Assembly: GCA_964016885.1 (NCBI GenBank) | Contig: OZ024746.1 | Span: forward strand, 45,818,001 to 45,882,000 | Direction of reading: 5' to 3' | Origin: Eledone cirrhosa | Lineage: Eukaryota | Length of the DNA stretch: 64,000 nt | Part shown: piece after piece, positions 48,651 to 64,000 of the stretch | Layout of the letters: each line of letters opens with the position of its first letter | Position numbering within the stretch: position 1 is the stretch's first letter | The notes under the pieces: generated by a model | What the model was told of the DNA's origin: nothing | The model's database searches: none | Seen by the model: the letters and a program-made list of their open reading frames with translations, nothing else | Program-made: the position numbers and the translations under genes

Positions 48651-50719
48651 TTCAGAACTTGTTTTCTAGTGATGCGACACACGGTCACAACATTGATGAT
48701 GCACCCCAGCTTATCTGCAAGTATGTATCTTGCATGCATATAAATAAATTGATAATTTTGAAAATGTGTTAAATGTTAATGATGATGATGGTACATAGAT
48801 ATGTAAATATGTATGTATATCTATTTCTAAAAAGTAATTTTACTATGACTTCAAAGCTTTGGTGAAGAGGTTTATGAAACAGCCTCTGAAAAAAGCCAGA
48901 TTTAATGTTTTGTTTTAAATAAATAAATATCTGACTCTATCCCATGTATTGAGCCTTTTCTTCTGTTAATGCTCTTTTTTAGACAATAAGAAGACATCAT
49001 ACTAACATTGATGATGATATATGTGTGTATGTGTTTATACCTGTACACGTGTGTGTGTGTGTGTGCGTGTGTGCATGTGTGTGTGTGCATGTGTGTGAAT
49101 TTTATTCATGGGAAATACAAATGTTCTCTTTTGGGATTTCATCTGTAAAGTGAAAAATTAATTGCTTCAAGAGGATGTCTGTTTATAAAATTTAAACTTG
49201 TGAAACTGCTTCAAATATTTTACCAAAGACGTATATAGTGTTAATAAGGTTCTTATGATGCTTCAGTGAATACCATTCATTACATTCTGAAAATTTAGAC
49301 TTTATTGAAGTCATTTATGAGATTTGTAACTGTAAATATACTTCTATTAATATCAAATGACTCTTATGTAAGGAAACTTCTTCCAAATTATATAGTGTCT
49401 CTGTATTGATTGCCAGAAGATTATCAATTGTTAATGTAGGCAGCCTGCTTTCTAGTGAATCTTTTGAAGATTGAACATTTAATTTCTTGAACAATAAATA
49501 AATGTACATATTAAAGGTGGGATAAGTGGAAAGTCTGTCGATATAGTGAGATCATTATGGTTGGATGTGCTTCAATGGAATCAAAGAAAGTTAGTTGAAA
49601 ATTATTAGTAAACATTCCTTTTCAAGACAATACATAACAGAAGGCTCTGTGAAAAAGTATACATTGCAAATAACCTCGACATTCTACTTAGGTTATCACC
49701 ACCATGATAATCTAAATTAAGACAAAAGTGTTCAGAATTAGAAAATACATAAAAAAAAAATTGTGCAAAAATACACAATGTAAATTGACCCTACATTCTA
49801 CTTAGTTCATCATCACCACCTGGACCTTAAGTAAAATTAGTAGAATTAGCTCTCTCTCTACTGGCTAGTAATCTGCATAACTAATCACCTTTCTCTCCTC
49901 CTGATTAGCTTACTTGCTTTTAACCATATATATGTATATATATAGAGAGAAAGAGAGATGGATATACATACATATACATAATATTCAAAACATTATATAT
50001 TATGTATATATGTGTGTGTGGGAGTTTATCTTTATGGGATTAAATTGGAAATAGTCAAACACATTGCATATATTGAAGTCTTTCTGATGTTGAAGCTGTG
50101 ATATATTTTTTGTGTAAGTTGTGAGTAATGTGGTGGTTAAATGTTGCTGTCTGAATTTCTGCTGTTAGTTATTCAGTTTATTGTCTTCTTTTTTTTGTTT
50201 TTATTTAATTATTGCTGAATTTTACTTCTTTAGGTATATAAATTTGGTGTATTGTGTTTGAGATTGTCCTTCGTTTTTACTTGGTTGTGTTTGTTGTGTT
50301 TTTTTAATGTTGTCAGAAACATCTACCAATATTTTGTTTTATGTATCTGCAGCTGCATTTATGTAAAGACTGTGATGGTACTCAATTCTATAAACTGTAA
50401 ATTTTACATATTGGTAGAAATGAATTTGTTAAGCTTTTAAGAATATTTTACAAATCTATTTTGATGATAATGGTAAGATTGTTTGGAGAAGCTTAAGGGA
50501 TTGTTTGCCATGTCTGTATGGCAGCTATGTATATAGTGTAGACAGTAATGTTCAAAAATAAGTTAGTATTGTAATTAGTTTCATAAGGTATGTAAGTGTG
50601 TTACTGTGGGTGTTTAGTTTGTAAAAGGAATTTAATGGTGATGTTATTTTTCTGACATATTTTTTAACCTTTTAGCATTTACATTACTCTATATTTACTA
50701 TATTTTCACGGTAATTATC

Positions 50720-51260
50720 TCACATAATATTAAACAAGATTCATGATTATAGGTAAGGGTCAGTATGAACACTAAATTGAAGATAATCAGCTTGGCTTTT
50801 GCACCTACTTTCCTTCTTCTGAAGACTGAGTGCTGAAACTGACACATTGCTATACCAGCTCCTGCAAATCTTGTATGTAACTCAGCACCCTGCCGTCTAT
50901 CACTTATGCAAATGGCCTTGCGATACTTGAACCTTGCCACTTGCTTCAGTGGAACTCCACTCATATGCAGACAGCACTGCACAGGCCCCCTTGAGAGGAT
51001 GAGTGTAGCGAAGTCTCTCATTAGCATATATCACTATATCTAATGCTGCAGTAACTTCATCAAGGAAGGATCTATATTCAAACCCTCTGTTTGATACATA
51101 AACTTGCACCATCTACTGAGACCTTTCCTTCAAACTAAGCTTCAAGAGGCAAATCCTCCCCCTCCTCCAATGGCACTCAATCCATAGGTCATTCCAATAA
51201 CTGAGGACTGGTGAATATTTTCACTTCTGTCAGTGCAGTCATTTATGACACCACACACCC
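50720..51260 (-). pseudogene. Decayed RTE/BovB-like RT fragment
   Basis: PLKQVARFKY...ELHTRFAGA...KAKLIIFNLVFILTLTYNHES. Confidence 0.65.
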
Positions 51261-52919
51261 CTATTCTGAATAGTAGAGTTTCCATATTCCATGGATCTGA
51301 GATAAAAACTGAACCTCACAAAAAAATTATGCTTGACCATACTGACTGGCGATATACCATGATAAAAAAGACCTGACCACCAGTACAAGCACTGTGACAC
51401 TAAAAGTAAATATGGCAATTGAATCAAGATTATATATGCTCTTTTGTGTAGATGAGCATGTGGGAACCTCTCTAGTGCTGATGACATGATAAAACACACT
51501 CAGTACTTTCTGCAAGTTTGTTGGTGGTAGGAAGTGTAGACACCATGCCAAATATGAAATATATGAACAAGGTGAAGTCACTCCAATCCCAGTGTTACTG
51601 GTGCTTTGTTATATTGACTCCATACGGATGAATGGCAAAGCTAAACTCAGCAGAATTTGAACTCAGTGCATACAGGGATAAAACTATATGCTACCAAGCA
51701 AGTTGTCCAACACTCTACCAATTCAATAATAATGATAATAATAATATTAATGGTCTCTGATTTAGTCACAAGACCAACAATTTTGGGGGAGAGGAAAATC
51801 AATTAAATTGACCCCAGTGCATTAGTGGTACTTTATTTTACCGACCCTATAAGGATGAATGGCAAAGCTAACCTTAGCACTATTTGAACTCAGAATGTAA
51901 AGGGCCGTAACTTTATGTCACGAAGCAGGGTGTCCGATGCTCTACGCCTCTGCCAATTCACCAACAACAGTAGAGATAAATCGATGTTGCTTTGACTTTC
52001 ACAGCTTGCGCTATCAATGATATATATATACTTCTTGTATTTTGTACATCTATTTATTAGTTGCTGATACTAATTGAGTTAATTCTATATTTTCCACTCA
52101 TTAATTACTAGAAAACTGAGCCATTATTCATTAATAACTCAGAACATAGTTACGTCCCTTTACGATCTGAGTTCAAATCCCGCCGAGGTTGACTTTGCCT
52201 TTCATCCTTACGGGGTCGATAAAATAAAGTACCAGTAATGCACTGGGTAATTGCTGGCCTTGTGCCTAAAGTAGAAACAATTATTCATTCATAACTGGAT
52301 ATCTGAAATATTATCTATGTTCTATAGATATTTAGAATATCAATAGACAACATATTTTGCTGGTATTTTCAGCTTACCAACCATTTTCTTATTTTAACTT
52401 TTCTGCAAAGTATCTTATTCTCCAAATCTGAATATTACACCTTATTAATTTTACTGACATATTTGAGCAATGTTACATTATTCATTCCTCATGAGAAAGA
52501 GCTGATGCTAGTTTTGTGCTTACTATTTATACAACTACATGACATATTATTATTGATTGCTATTTTATTCTAACTATTCTTCGATATTACACTAATCTGT
52601 TCAAAGTTTTCTAACTAGCTTCTCTAGACAAGAAATTGTAATCATAGTATAAATATTTTTAATACCAGCTCTTTTTTTCTGTCTTCTTTTTCATGCATAT
52701 AAAATATCCATACCAAGAGATTTTTTCAGGTAAGTTACAATAAAAATGGATGAAAGAAAACTGCTTTTTAAAATTATTAACAGCCTTATTATTATACAAT
52801 TTGAGCCTTATTTTTATACAATTTGTTATTCTCATATCACATTCATCACTATTGTCATCACCAATATTAATTCCAATTATGAGAATACTGGCTAATATAT
52901 CTTCCAAATTGGACCTTAA

Positions 52920-53123
52920 CCCTTTAGTATTTAAACCAGCTGTATCTGACTAGAAATCTCTCATTCTCATTACTTTCTGTTCATACTGATGTTAAGGAGT
53001 CCTTCTCCAAATAAATAATATAAAAATCTCATAGATTCAATATTATATGAGATAATTATGTCAGATAAAGCCTTTACCATGAAAATACAATAGAATATAT
53101 AGAGTAATGTAAATGCTAAAGGG
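52920..53123. mobile_element. piggyBac-like MITE with TTAA target duplication
   Basis: TTAA|CCCTTTAGTATTTA ... TAAATGCTAAAGGG|TTAA. Related ends at about 50665 and 59686. Confidence 0.85.
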
Positions 53124-54885
53124 TTAATTGCAACTCATTAGAATTTTCATAACCATGAACATTATAATTATTACCATATTTATAAGAGCAGTGGATTTAT
53201 ACAATAACTAAATCATTGGACAAAATACCTTGCTGAATTTGGTTAGGTCCTTTATATTCTGAGTTCAGATCTCACTGTTGTTGACTTATGGTGTTGATAA
53301 GATAAAACACCAGTCATGTACTGAGATCAATTTAATCAATTAATCCCTCCTTTAAATTTCCAAACTTATATATGTCTGTCAGAAATAAATACCAACATAT
53401 TTATAGTCCTATCAATATCAGAATGGAAAGTTGATGTAAAATGATGATGATGATCATATAATAACTATGATGGATTGGAATTCTATTTACACCACGTTCA
53501 AGAAATCCTTCATCTTCAGTTAATTGCTACTCATACTATCAATAGCCCATGATTCATCTGTATATTAATCAAAACAAAAGCATTTCAAACTATTTTGTAC
53601 CAATTAATCTTATTCACTACATAATCCTGGTGCTATTTTCAGCTCCTACCTAATTGGTCTCAACAAACCCTCCCTAACCAGCTTTTCTCATTGATCAATA
53701 GCCTACTAAAATAGAGTCTTTCATAAGATGTTTTCAGATTCACAAATGCAAGATAGCTATATATATATTTGGTTTAGCACTTCTCTTGTCATTGTCTCAC
53801 CAGAAATGTAGCATACAAGGTTCCACATTTTCATATAATCGTCTCTATATTAACACTATTGTACTCACACTTGATTAAATTTCCCCTTATTACTTCAGAA
53901 ATTATTTAAAGTTCTTTGTAATTACTCCTGCTGTGGAGATCTCATTTATCTTTGCTGTGACAAAGGAACGCATCAAGTGAAGAGATTCTGTACTGAGAAG
54001 GACCAGTGGAACAATGATGTAGATGTGTTGAATTAAGTCAGCTCTGATGAAATAAAACTATAGCATACAGATAGCCGAATGACAAGGTGTTTCAGATATA
54101 TAATATCTCTGCCTAGCTGGGAGTTATACAACATACAGGTACATACAATCGGTAATTATATAGAGTACATTGTTGCAGTCTGCACAGGTACATTCCACTG
54201 CTCAGTCTATTTTCTGTAAGCCAGTAGATTCTGGTGGTGGCCACGGTATGGATAGTAAAGGTGGCCTTAGTCAGAACATGACACTTTTTTTCTGCACTTA
54301 TTGGTGATGTGCATCCTAATACTGATATTTTAGGTTAATGAGGCTATTGATAGATGCATCAGCATTTTTTGTGTATATGTATGATGGTCAGCTGAAATGT
54401 TTATAGACTGAAAAGTTCATTGGCTGACCAAGTTATTCTCATGTAATGACCAAATGAGGTTTATTAATCAACATAGTCCCTGGAAAGAAACAATGTAATT
54501 ATTAATAAGAAGAGTTGAAATTAACGCATACAAGATTTGACAGCTCTAGCATCAATCCTTCATAGTCACCCTATAAACTTTTCATACAACCCTCATATTT
54601 CTTGTATTTGTCTGGGGTGAATATGAAAGGTAACGATTTGACAATGCTGTTGTCATGTTTTGGGATTTTATAGTTTTATAGATGTAACATGGGGCAATGT
54701 TTTCATGAAGAGGCAGGGACTGTGAGGATTGAAGTTTGTTGTGGAATCAAACAATACTTCTTGCATGTCCATGGGTCTTACACTTTTGGGTTGTTTTTTT
54801 TGTGTGTAGGTACTTTTTTTGTGTGTAGAATGTATATGTGATGATGTGAAATGTACCGTTTTATGTTATCTATATTTGATATAAC

Positions 54886-54935
54886 TGTGTCCCCACCAGC
54901 AACACATGTCCTCATGTGTTGCTGGTGGGGACACA
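54886..54935. repeat. Perfect hairpin, 23-bp arms, 4-nt loop
   Basis: TGTGTCCCCACCAGCAACACATG-TCCT-CATGTGTTGCTGGTGGGGACACA, inside a decayed minus-strand RT remnant (NGIPQG at about 55143-55163). Confidence 0.92.
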
Positions 54936-56248
54936 AAATATTTGGAAAGTATTAACTTTTAGTCTGTTGTTTTGGAACCAATCTTCTAAGTGATTGGTGT
55001 AAGGTTGGAGTAGTTGTGGAGCTGTGTTAGAGAACAGTAGGGGATGTGAATGTTATGTCATCTGTGTGTAAAGCTGAGTGTACAAATTAAGGAGTTGAAG
55101 GAAAGTCATATGGGTATAGGTTAAAAAGAGAGGGTATGAAGATGGGTCCTTGTGGTATTCCATTTGACAAACTAGCAAATTCTGTCTGGGTGTGTTGTTT
55201 TTACACATTATGTGAACATAAATGGCTGAGATGAGCCAACAAAAAAACTCTTCATAAATTCTCTACCTGATTAGCAGCCAAACATTTCTTCAAAGTGAAA
55301 GTTACAGTAAACAATTTATTCAATTTCCATATCTTAATGTAATCCCCAGATGAAAGAAGACTGTTGGAATTGTGATTATTGATTATTTGAAAAATTATGA
55401 ATCTAACATTATTTCCAAGAGATGGCCATGGCAATTCCTCAGCAGGAATTTTTGATAGTTTAAATTATCTTTGCAAGTCAAGAAACCTAACAACCCACAA
55501 AGGCAACATTTTAAACAAGAATGTAAGGGACTAATAAAAATATCATAGCATATTCATAAAATTTTTCTGCTATTTGCATCAACTTACGTGTGAAAAAGAT
55601 TATTCATGCTTGATGCAAATTAAATCTAAACAAAGAAATTGTCTTATATTTGAAAATAATATTTATTGTGATCTTTCAAGTACTATTCTAAATATTGAAA
55701 GTTTTGTCTTAGATAGATGAATTCAAATATCATATTTTATGCAAGAATTAGTCTTCTCAATCACAAGAAATACTAATACAAGAAATGAGAAATAAAAAGA
55801 AAATACCCAAGAATGAAAATAGCCAAAGACAAGTCACCAAAATAAAATTTTGTTTGACTTCTTTTATTCTCATGAGAAAATATCCTATAGAACACTGGGA
55901 TTGGAGCATTGCTGTGCCAGAGGACTTTTTTTTAAAAATAAAGAGCTAGTCCAGAAACCTTTTGACTTACCGATGTATATAATAATTGTTTCTACTTTAG
56001 GCACAAGGCCAGCAATTACCCAGTGCATTACTGGTACTTTATTTTATCGACCCCGTAACGATGAAAGGCAAAGTCAACTTCGGCGGGATTTGAACTCAGA
56101 TCGTAAGGGGACGTAACTATGCTGGAAAGCATGGCGTCCGACCCTCTACCGATACTGCCAATATAATAATGATGCCTGTACTCTACCAATGTATTGAGTA
56201 CCATTTTCAACTGTGGTTACCACTGATATAACTTGGGAATCTACATAT

Positions 56249-56291
<43 letters not shown>

Positions 56292-56709
56292 ATGTATACA
56301 TGTATGTATGTATATATGTATGTATGTATGTATGTAAGTATGTATGTATGCATGTATGCATGTAAGTATGTATGTATGTTTGTATGTATGTATGCAGCTG
56401 CATTATTAGTTCAATTCAAGCTAACGTGAATTGCCCTTTTGTTACTTTTTCACTATTTTGATCAAAGCCTGTAGGATATGTGGTGAACTGTCAAAAAAGA
56501 CATAGGTGCATGACACTGATTGGATTCATGGTTCAAGTCTCATTAGTGGAATTGTTCTATTTTTCCATTTCAAATTGGTTCTAATATCTAAAATCTTGCA
56601 TCCTTCAAGGAAGTTCAAAATAGGTGAAATAATAATAATGTAAGAGCTATTTTATTTAACCTGAAACCAATGAGCATGTTGATACTGACAGAATAGCAGT
56701 CATTTTACT

Positions 56710-57453
<744 letters not shown>

Positions 57454-57855
57454 TATAGATAGATACGACTTCATGTCAGTCGTATCTATCCAGCAATATA
57501 ATGGTGGCAATCAAACACGAATGAGTTTCCATGTATGAAATCTGTGTTAAAACAAATGTTACATAAATGCATTTATTGGATAATACATATTTCAGTGGCA
57601 TAAGTGTGGAGCTATTATACAATCAATACATCTGCAACTAGCACCAATGTGACACCACTATGTGAAGGAGTTGACATTTCACAGACAAATGCTTCTATGG
57701 TTGCGAAAGTCCAGTGAACACACACACACACATACCCCCACACACTCACACAGATATATATATATGCAAAAAGCAAACAGAAAGAGCAAACCAAATGACA
57801 CAGTACAATGAAGAAATATATTATTAGTTTTACACTTGATATAGTAGGAAAAAAG

Positions 57856-57891
57856 TCTTAACATTTTGGAAGCTAATCCTTCATCAGAAGA
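57856..57891 (-). ncRNA. Decayed minimal hammerhead (two CpG transitions)
   Basis: Minus strand: tctt CTGATGA a gga-ttagct-tcc AAAA tg TT aaga. Restoring both CpGs gives ccGAAAcgTT. Confidence 0.68.
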
Positions 57892-60800
57892 TAGAATGAG
57901 TAATTATAGAAGAAATCGAAAGATTGAGTAGGGTGGAAATAGAAAATATATATATATAAACACATTTGTAAAAATAAAAAAACAGAATATATATATATAT
58001 ATATATATATATAAACACATTTGTAAAAATAAAACTGAAAATACTCAAAGTGACAATGGACCACTTTATATTTGGGTTGTGCTGTGAGTTCATGTAGAGG
58101 AACAAGTTAAGTATCATTGCTTTTGAGTGTTTGTCTGGACTCTGCTTTAATGTTTGAAACTATTCTAAAAATAGTCATCCAATTTCTTTATTATCTAATT
58201 TCTAATAACGTATTTAAAACATATCAAATGAAGTTTGTAAGGGAGATCTAGCTACAAATCTAAGTAGAATCACTGATTACATAGGGAGTAAATAATTGGT
58301 TTATATTTGTGTTTTTGGCTAGCAAATATACATGTATATAATATGCATGATTGTATGAATATTGTTTCTCTCAAAATTTCTTTCTGGTCGAATTATAACT
58401 CGATAAAACAATAATAAAGGTGATTATAATGAACAGTCTGAAGATAAAAAGAATGCCCCAAACTTGGAAGAAACAAATCATATTTCCAGTATGATTAAAA
58501 GGGTTATTTTACTGCCGTTTTTTACATTATAATAAATCTCTTTTCCTCTATTTAATTGAATTCCATAAAGAAATGAACTTTCTAAAAATATGATTCATAT
58601 TAGATATTATTAGAACCAATATGAAATAGAACAATTCTACTGCTGAGACACGAACCATGCATACAATCAGTGTTATTTTTAATTTTTTTCTCTTTTTTGC
58701 CAATTGACCAAATTCGTATTTCACACTACAATGAAATATTATGTAATTGATAATTCAGTCATCCAGCAACGATATTTATGTGGAGTGAGACCCAATAGAC
58801 TGCCTAATTCTAATTTCCATCTCAAATTAGTGCTTAGAATCTTTACTGTCATTTACATTAAATTCTTAGTAATTAATTCATAATTTTAGCAGTCAGAAAA
58901 TGATAATCAATAATAATTATAATTAGTATTTTTGGATTGATTACAACTAAAAATAAGCTAGGGAATTTATTTTAAAATTTGTTTTTATTTCTTTTACCTG
59001 TTTAGGAATTATTTTATTATTCAAGTTGCTGATGAGGAAGCCTGAATATGGTCATTTAACCTGCTCAAAATAGCAGTCAAATCTCCCTCAAATAATACTC
59101 TACAGTCATTAACAAAAAGAGGTAGAGATATTGGATAATGAAGCACTGTATACACTATATCTGAAAAAGATAGAATGGTCATCATTGGAATGTGTTTGGT
59201 CATAAATCTACATAATCACTGTTGACCTGAGGTTAGACAACATCAATCATATTATTAAGTGTTGATAGATTTTTTTTGTACTGCAGAAAGTCTCACACAC
59301 TGCCTTCAGCAAATGAATTAATTTTTCCTCTTGATAATACTTTGTATTATTGGAGCATTATACCACAATTGGAAAACTTAATAAAAACTCACATTTCCAT
59401 ATAAGCAGAATTATGCCTCCATAATTAAAACTAGTTAGCAAGGTCTAAAATACTTTGTAAGTGGATAATTAATGGAGCAACCTCTGTATTTTGTATATTT
59501 ATTTAGTTTTTTTTAATCAAATTCCCCTTTCTATGCATATTCAACATCATATTAATTTTTTTTTCTAGCTATAAGCTGTACTGCAGAAGACCTGCCTTCC
59601 CATGTACATAGGATGAAGCAAACATCTAGAGAACACTAGTCTGCATCAATCTGTCCCTCCTCCACCCACACATCTTCCCACACTTTAACCCTTTAGCATT
59701 TATATTAATATTGTATTTTCATGATAAACACTTTATCTCACATAATATTGAATAATACCTTAACATCAGTATGAGTGGCCAGTTATGGCCAGTTTGAACA
59801 GATAGAGGTGAGACAATTCTGGTCGGATACGGGGTGTTTATTGTTCTTTTTTTAATTGGCAGGGTTCTATCAAATTCATGAACACAAACATAGATGCAGA
59901 ACACATACATATATGGTGGGCATTTGCTCAGTTTCTGTTTACCAAATTCTACTAACAACGTATTAGTCAACCTGAGATTATTATAGAAGATACTTGCCAA
60001 AGTGACATGCAATTGAATTGACTCAACTGTGCAACAAGTTGGGCAAATGTATTTTATCATGATCTCAGGCTTACTGTTCCCTTGTGAGTGGAATTTAGTA
60101 TCTGAAAACTCTGAAAGGTTTGTCATATATCTTTTTCCTGTTTTATTAATCTTGGCACAAATTATTTTGATTTTGTTTTCCATCATTCCCAAACTATAGA
60201 GATCTCTGTAACTAACACCCATATAATTTTTCGTTTCTTGATTTACTTCTGGTAACTTTTTATTAAGACATCTTATACATATAAACACAATTTGTATAAT
60301 GAATATAGTTTAAAAATAAATGAAAGAAGACATGCACACTCAATTACATGTTACAACAAAGAATGCTGGTGTTTCTTTCTAAATGATTTTGAGACACACA
60401 TGGTATTACTGTGGGGGATAGTGAAGCTAAGGCACTGGAATAACCAGGCATGTTCACTTGGTATTTGAGTAAAGTGAGCTGCTAATAATGATGTGGTTGT
60501 TGTGACTATTGGGATTTAGATAACTGTTAACAGATACTTATAATTTTCTACCATAATCTCCTCTTCTATCATCATTATCGATTAACGTCTATCTTCCACG
60601 CTAACATGGGTTAAATGTGTATTATATAAAACTGCATTCGCAAGAGATTTTTGAAAAGCCCAAAACTGCACTATGACTGCATTATGACATTAAAAATTAA
60701 AGTCTTTACTGTAATTCTGCAAATTTTCAAAACAATCTATTGATTGTAAAAACACTGTAAACATCTGAATTAAGAAACCTATCTTTAGATATTTCTGCTG

Positions 60801-61270
60801 AATTATTACAGTATTTTAAGTTTTAATGTTACTTCAATTTCAAGTCATGAAATGATCTCACAGGGTTCCAGTACTATGTACTCTTTAACAGTTTCACACA
60901 TATTTATTTGTTTGAAAAAAATCTTATCGATAGCATCTCATGTTAATGGGAGAGTTTGCTTGTGTTGTTCTGTCAGTGGAAATATCCATGATCAAGAAAA
61001 CTGCTTTTATTTACTGATTCTATCATTTCTTTTCTGTAAAAATTTGTTAATAGTGTCAATTTATTTTTTTACTCACATACTCAGATTTTTGTCACGTCTG
61101 TTTTTATAATCAGTTCCATCTCAGGGCTTCTTTCCTGAAATCATGTGATTAATTACCTTTATATAATCATCCTCAATAGTACAGTACAGCTAGTTTAGGT
61201 TATCCTCCATAGCATATTCCTTCAAAGACTTCTGTTGAGCTTTCTTCTTAATGCATTTCGTTTTATGTGG

Positions 61271-61321
61271 CTACTACTACTACTACTACCACTGCTGCCA
61301 CTGCTGTTACTGCTGCTGCTA

Positions 61322-61356
<35 letters not shown>

Positions 61357-61406
61357 AGTATCAACTCCACTATCACTACCACCATCATCATCACCACTAC
61401 TGCTAC
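61271..61406. repeat. (CTA/CTG/CCA)n trinucleotide repeat
   Basis: Direct reading. Confidence 0.95.
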
Positions 61407-61771
61407 TTTTAGTTATTGGTGATAGACGGTAAAATTGGTAAGGCAGTTGATAAAATGTCTTATCATATGCATGTCCCTTTATATCCCATGTTCAAATGCC
61501 ACAACTTTGTCTTTCATTCTTCAGGAGAAGGGGTTCATAAAATAGGTACCAGTCAAGTATAGGTTGTTGCTTTAAATCAACTTTCCGCAGTGCATAGTAA
61601 TATAGTACTGATGATAATCTGTGTATGATGTTGATAATGCCTGAAGCGATATTGTTAATATTCTATGTAAGATATATAAATAATTCCTAGAAATGCTATA
61701 TTATATTTTGTGGATAATATCTAGTAGTGTTATACTGATGAGTAATATGTGCAAGACATGTGTAATGCTTC

Positions 61772-62185
61772 ATAGTGCGACATGGTAAATTATGTGTCGT
61801 ATTTTACTGTGCTACATGGTGAATTGTATAGTATTTTACTGTACTACATGGTAAATTGTGTGTAGAAGCTTACTGTGATACATGGTAAATTGTGCATAGA
61901 AGTTTACTGTACTACATGGTAAATTGTGTGTAGAAGTTTACTGTTATACATGGTAAATTGTGTAGTATTTTACTGTCCTACATGGTAAATTGTGTGCAGT
62001 ATTTCACTGTGTTACATGGTAAATTAGATTTTGTATTTCACTGTGCTACATTGCAAATTATGTGCAGTATTTAACTGTTCTACATGGTAAATTAAGTGCT
62101 GCATTTCACTGTAATACATGCTAAAATATGTGCAGTATTTCACTGATACATGGTAAAATATGTGCTGTATTTAGTAGTGCTGTAT
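61772..62185. repeat. About 33-bp minisatellite, roughly 12 units
   Basis: Unit approximates ACTGTGCTACATGGTAAATTGTGTGTAGTATTTT. Confidence 0.92.
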
Positions 62186-64000
62186 TTATAATTCTGTATG
62201 AGATTGGTATAGTAAATCTGGTAGTGATATATGGTACATTTTATGCAGTATTTAGTTGTGCTATAGTTATAATTCCATGTGAGAAGGCCGTAGTAATATA
62301 TGCTAGAACTATATTTGTGTAGATGTACAAATCAACTATTTTCCAAATCTTTTTTTTTTTAATAAAGGAGAAGAGATGTTATGCTATTTCATTAATTTTA
62401 GTTTTCATTATTTTAACATTTTGTCTTTAAGAATTTGAGTTTAAACTCAGTATTAGCATGAGATAAAGCAAGAAAGCTACCAGAAGCTTTCTTCATCCAT
62501 AGATTTGTGATAGGCTCGTTTTCTTAGTTAATAGGAATTGTCACTTGATGCTTCCGTCTTGGCTACAAAAGTCAATAACTCAATATTCCAAGTGGTTTCT
62601 GTGTCTGATTTACCGACTGATAATGGCAGTGGCAGTGATTGGATTGTTGTGGTTGAGAGGTGATACTGATGCAATTATTGGTAATGGTATGTTACAGATG
62701 TAAGGGTAGTTTGCAGTGTGGGTGGTGGTATTGTTATGTGTGAAATAGCATTAGTTATAATAGTAAGGTGGTTGTGGTGGTGGTGGTGGGAGTTGTGTTG
62801 GTGGTGGTGGGGGTTGTATTGGTGGTGGTTGTGATACTAGATATGAAGTTTCCAGTAATATTGAGGTGAGTGGGTAATGATAGTGATGCTGATGTTGATG
62901 TAGTTTGAATGTTGTTGTTGTTATTTTCCCCTCACCCCACCATAATGAATCCTTTTCTCACATCCTCTTGCTTTAATTGATCAATGCTTTTAGATGTTCA
63001 ACTGGATTCTTAGTTCTCATACCTGTTTCACAAGTTTATATTATACATCCATTGTTCCACTTCTGTTGCTGCATCCTTTCAACCTTTACTATTCATGTTT
63101 TACTCTAATATAACATCAAAACTCTGATATCAACATGTAATATATCTGTTGTATAAAGAGATTGTAATAAAATAAAAGAACATGGGACCATATGGGAAAA
63201 CTTCTCTTGAATTCAAACAATATAAATGATCTAATTAAATATATTTCTATTTCATGTTTAATATCTGTTAGTTATTGATATACTCCTCTGTAAAGGAATT
63301 GTTCTCACATAAATGTTTAATAGTTAGAAGTAGGAAAGTTATAAAGCAATTTGACTGGTAATATTGAGGAAGATTTTTGGCACACATGAAACTGATAGAT
63401 ATACATATGCATAGACACAAAATGCTTCTGCTTCAAAGAGATTACTTGTCTGTTCAGTATTTGTTACTGTATATTATATTCTCACAATGTTAAAGATTTA
63501 TACCGACAAACAGTATTGCTTGCATGAATTCCTTCTATAATAAATTCTGGTACTTTTTATCTCAGAATTAATATAATAGAGAAATAAATGCCATAGTATA
63601 TACTGCTCTTGCACCTCTCTTTTCTACTGCACACATCTTGTGTGTATCATTATTACATTCTCATTTAACCCACACACATATTCTCTCTCATTTGCTCATT
63701 TATATTCAGTAATACCCTGCTTAACACTATCCCATTTGTACTGATTTGCTTTAGCATTCACATTTCTTGCAGACAATATTTTAAGTGAGATAGCACTGCA
63801 CCATTTTAATAATCATAGGTTTCATACTTATGCACACTAGAGAGGTTGTCACACATGACACAACTGAAGAGACCTCTCAACCATTTTTAAACATGGTTTC
63901 TACAGCAGGGTGCCCTTCTCGTCACCAATCACCTAACAGGTGTATCAGATGCATTTTCATGATACCAATGCTAGAGAGGTTATTGGTCTTTGTAGCAACA

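Noticed and set aside
53490-53522. Minus-strand CTGAAGA with a short hairpin
   Set aside because: GAAA box incomplete and no stem I.
61235-61432. Poly-Leu signal-peptide-like ORF
   Set aside because: Product of the (CTA/CTG)n repeat.
61772-62185. CRISPR-like periodicity
   Set aside because: Contiguous degenerate tandem units without unique spacers, in a eukaryotic context.

Overview
AT-rich, repeat-saturated eukaryotic DNA, most likely from an octopod cephalopod (inferred from the CORE- and Meta-type tRNA SINEs, RTE families and very long (TA)n arrays). No host protein-coding gene is confidently identified. Positions 1-33.4 kb are a nested pile-up of retroelements inserted into (TA)n arrays: two Penelope-like (PLE) families (one near full-length, RT + GIY-YIG), a decayed L1/Tx1-type LINE, a CR1-type fragment, six copies of one RTE family, and an intact 1039-aa RTE carrying a PHD finger just after its RT core. 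The rest holds SINEs, MITEs, a complete internally deleted Helitron and decayed transposases. The main non-obvious signal is 13 type I hammerhead ribozyme (HHR) motifs, intact or degenerate, read directly from the sequence. Four sit in the two coding PLE families; the rest belong to about eight unrelated short (0.2-0.6 kb), mostly non-coding, retrozyme-like elements. Most have a different self-complementary stem III, and several sit in elements with terminal direct repeats and/or perfect fold-back palindromes. Most long 'YIYI' ORFs are microsatellite artefacts.
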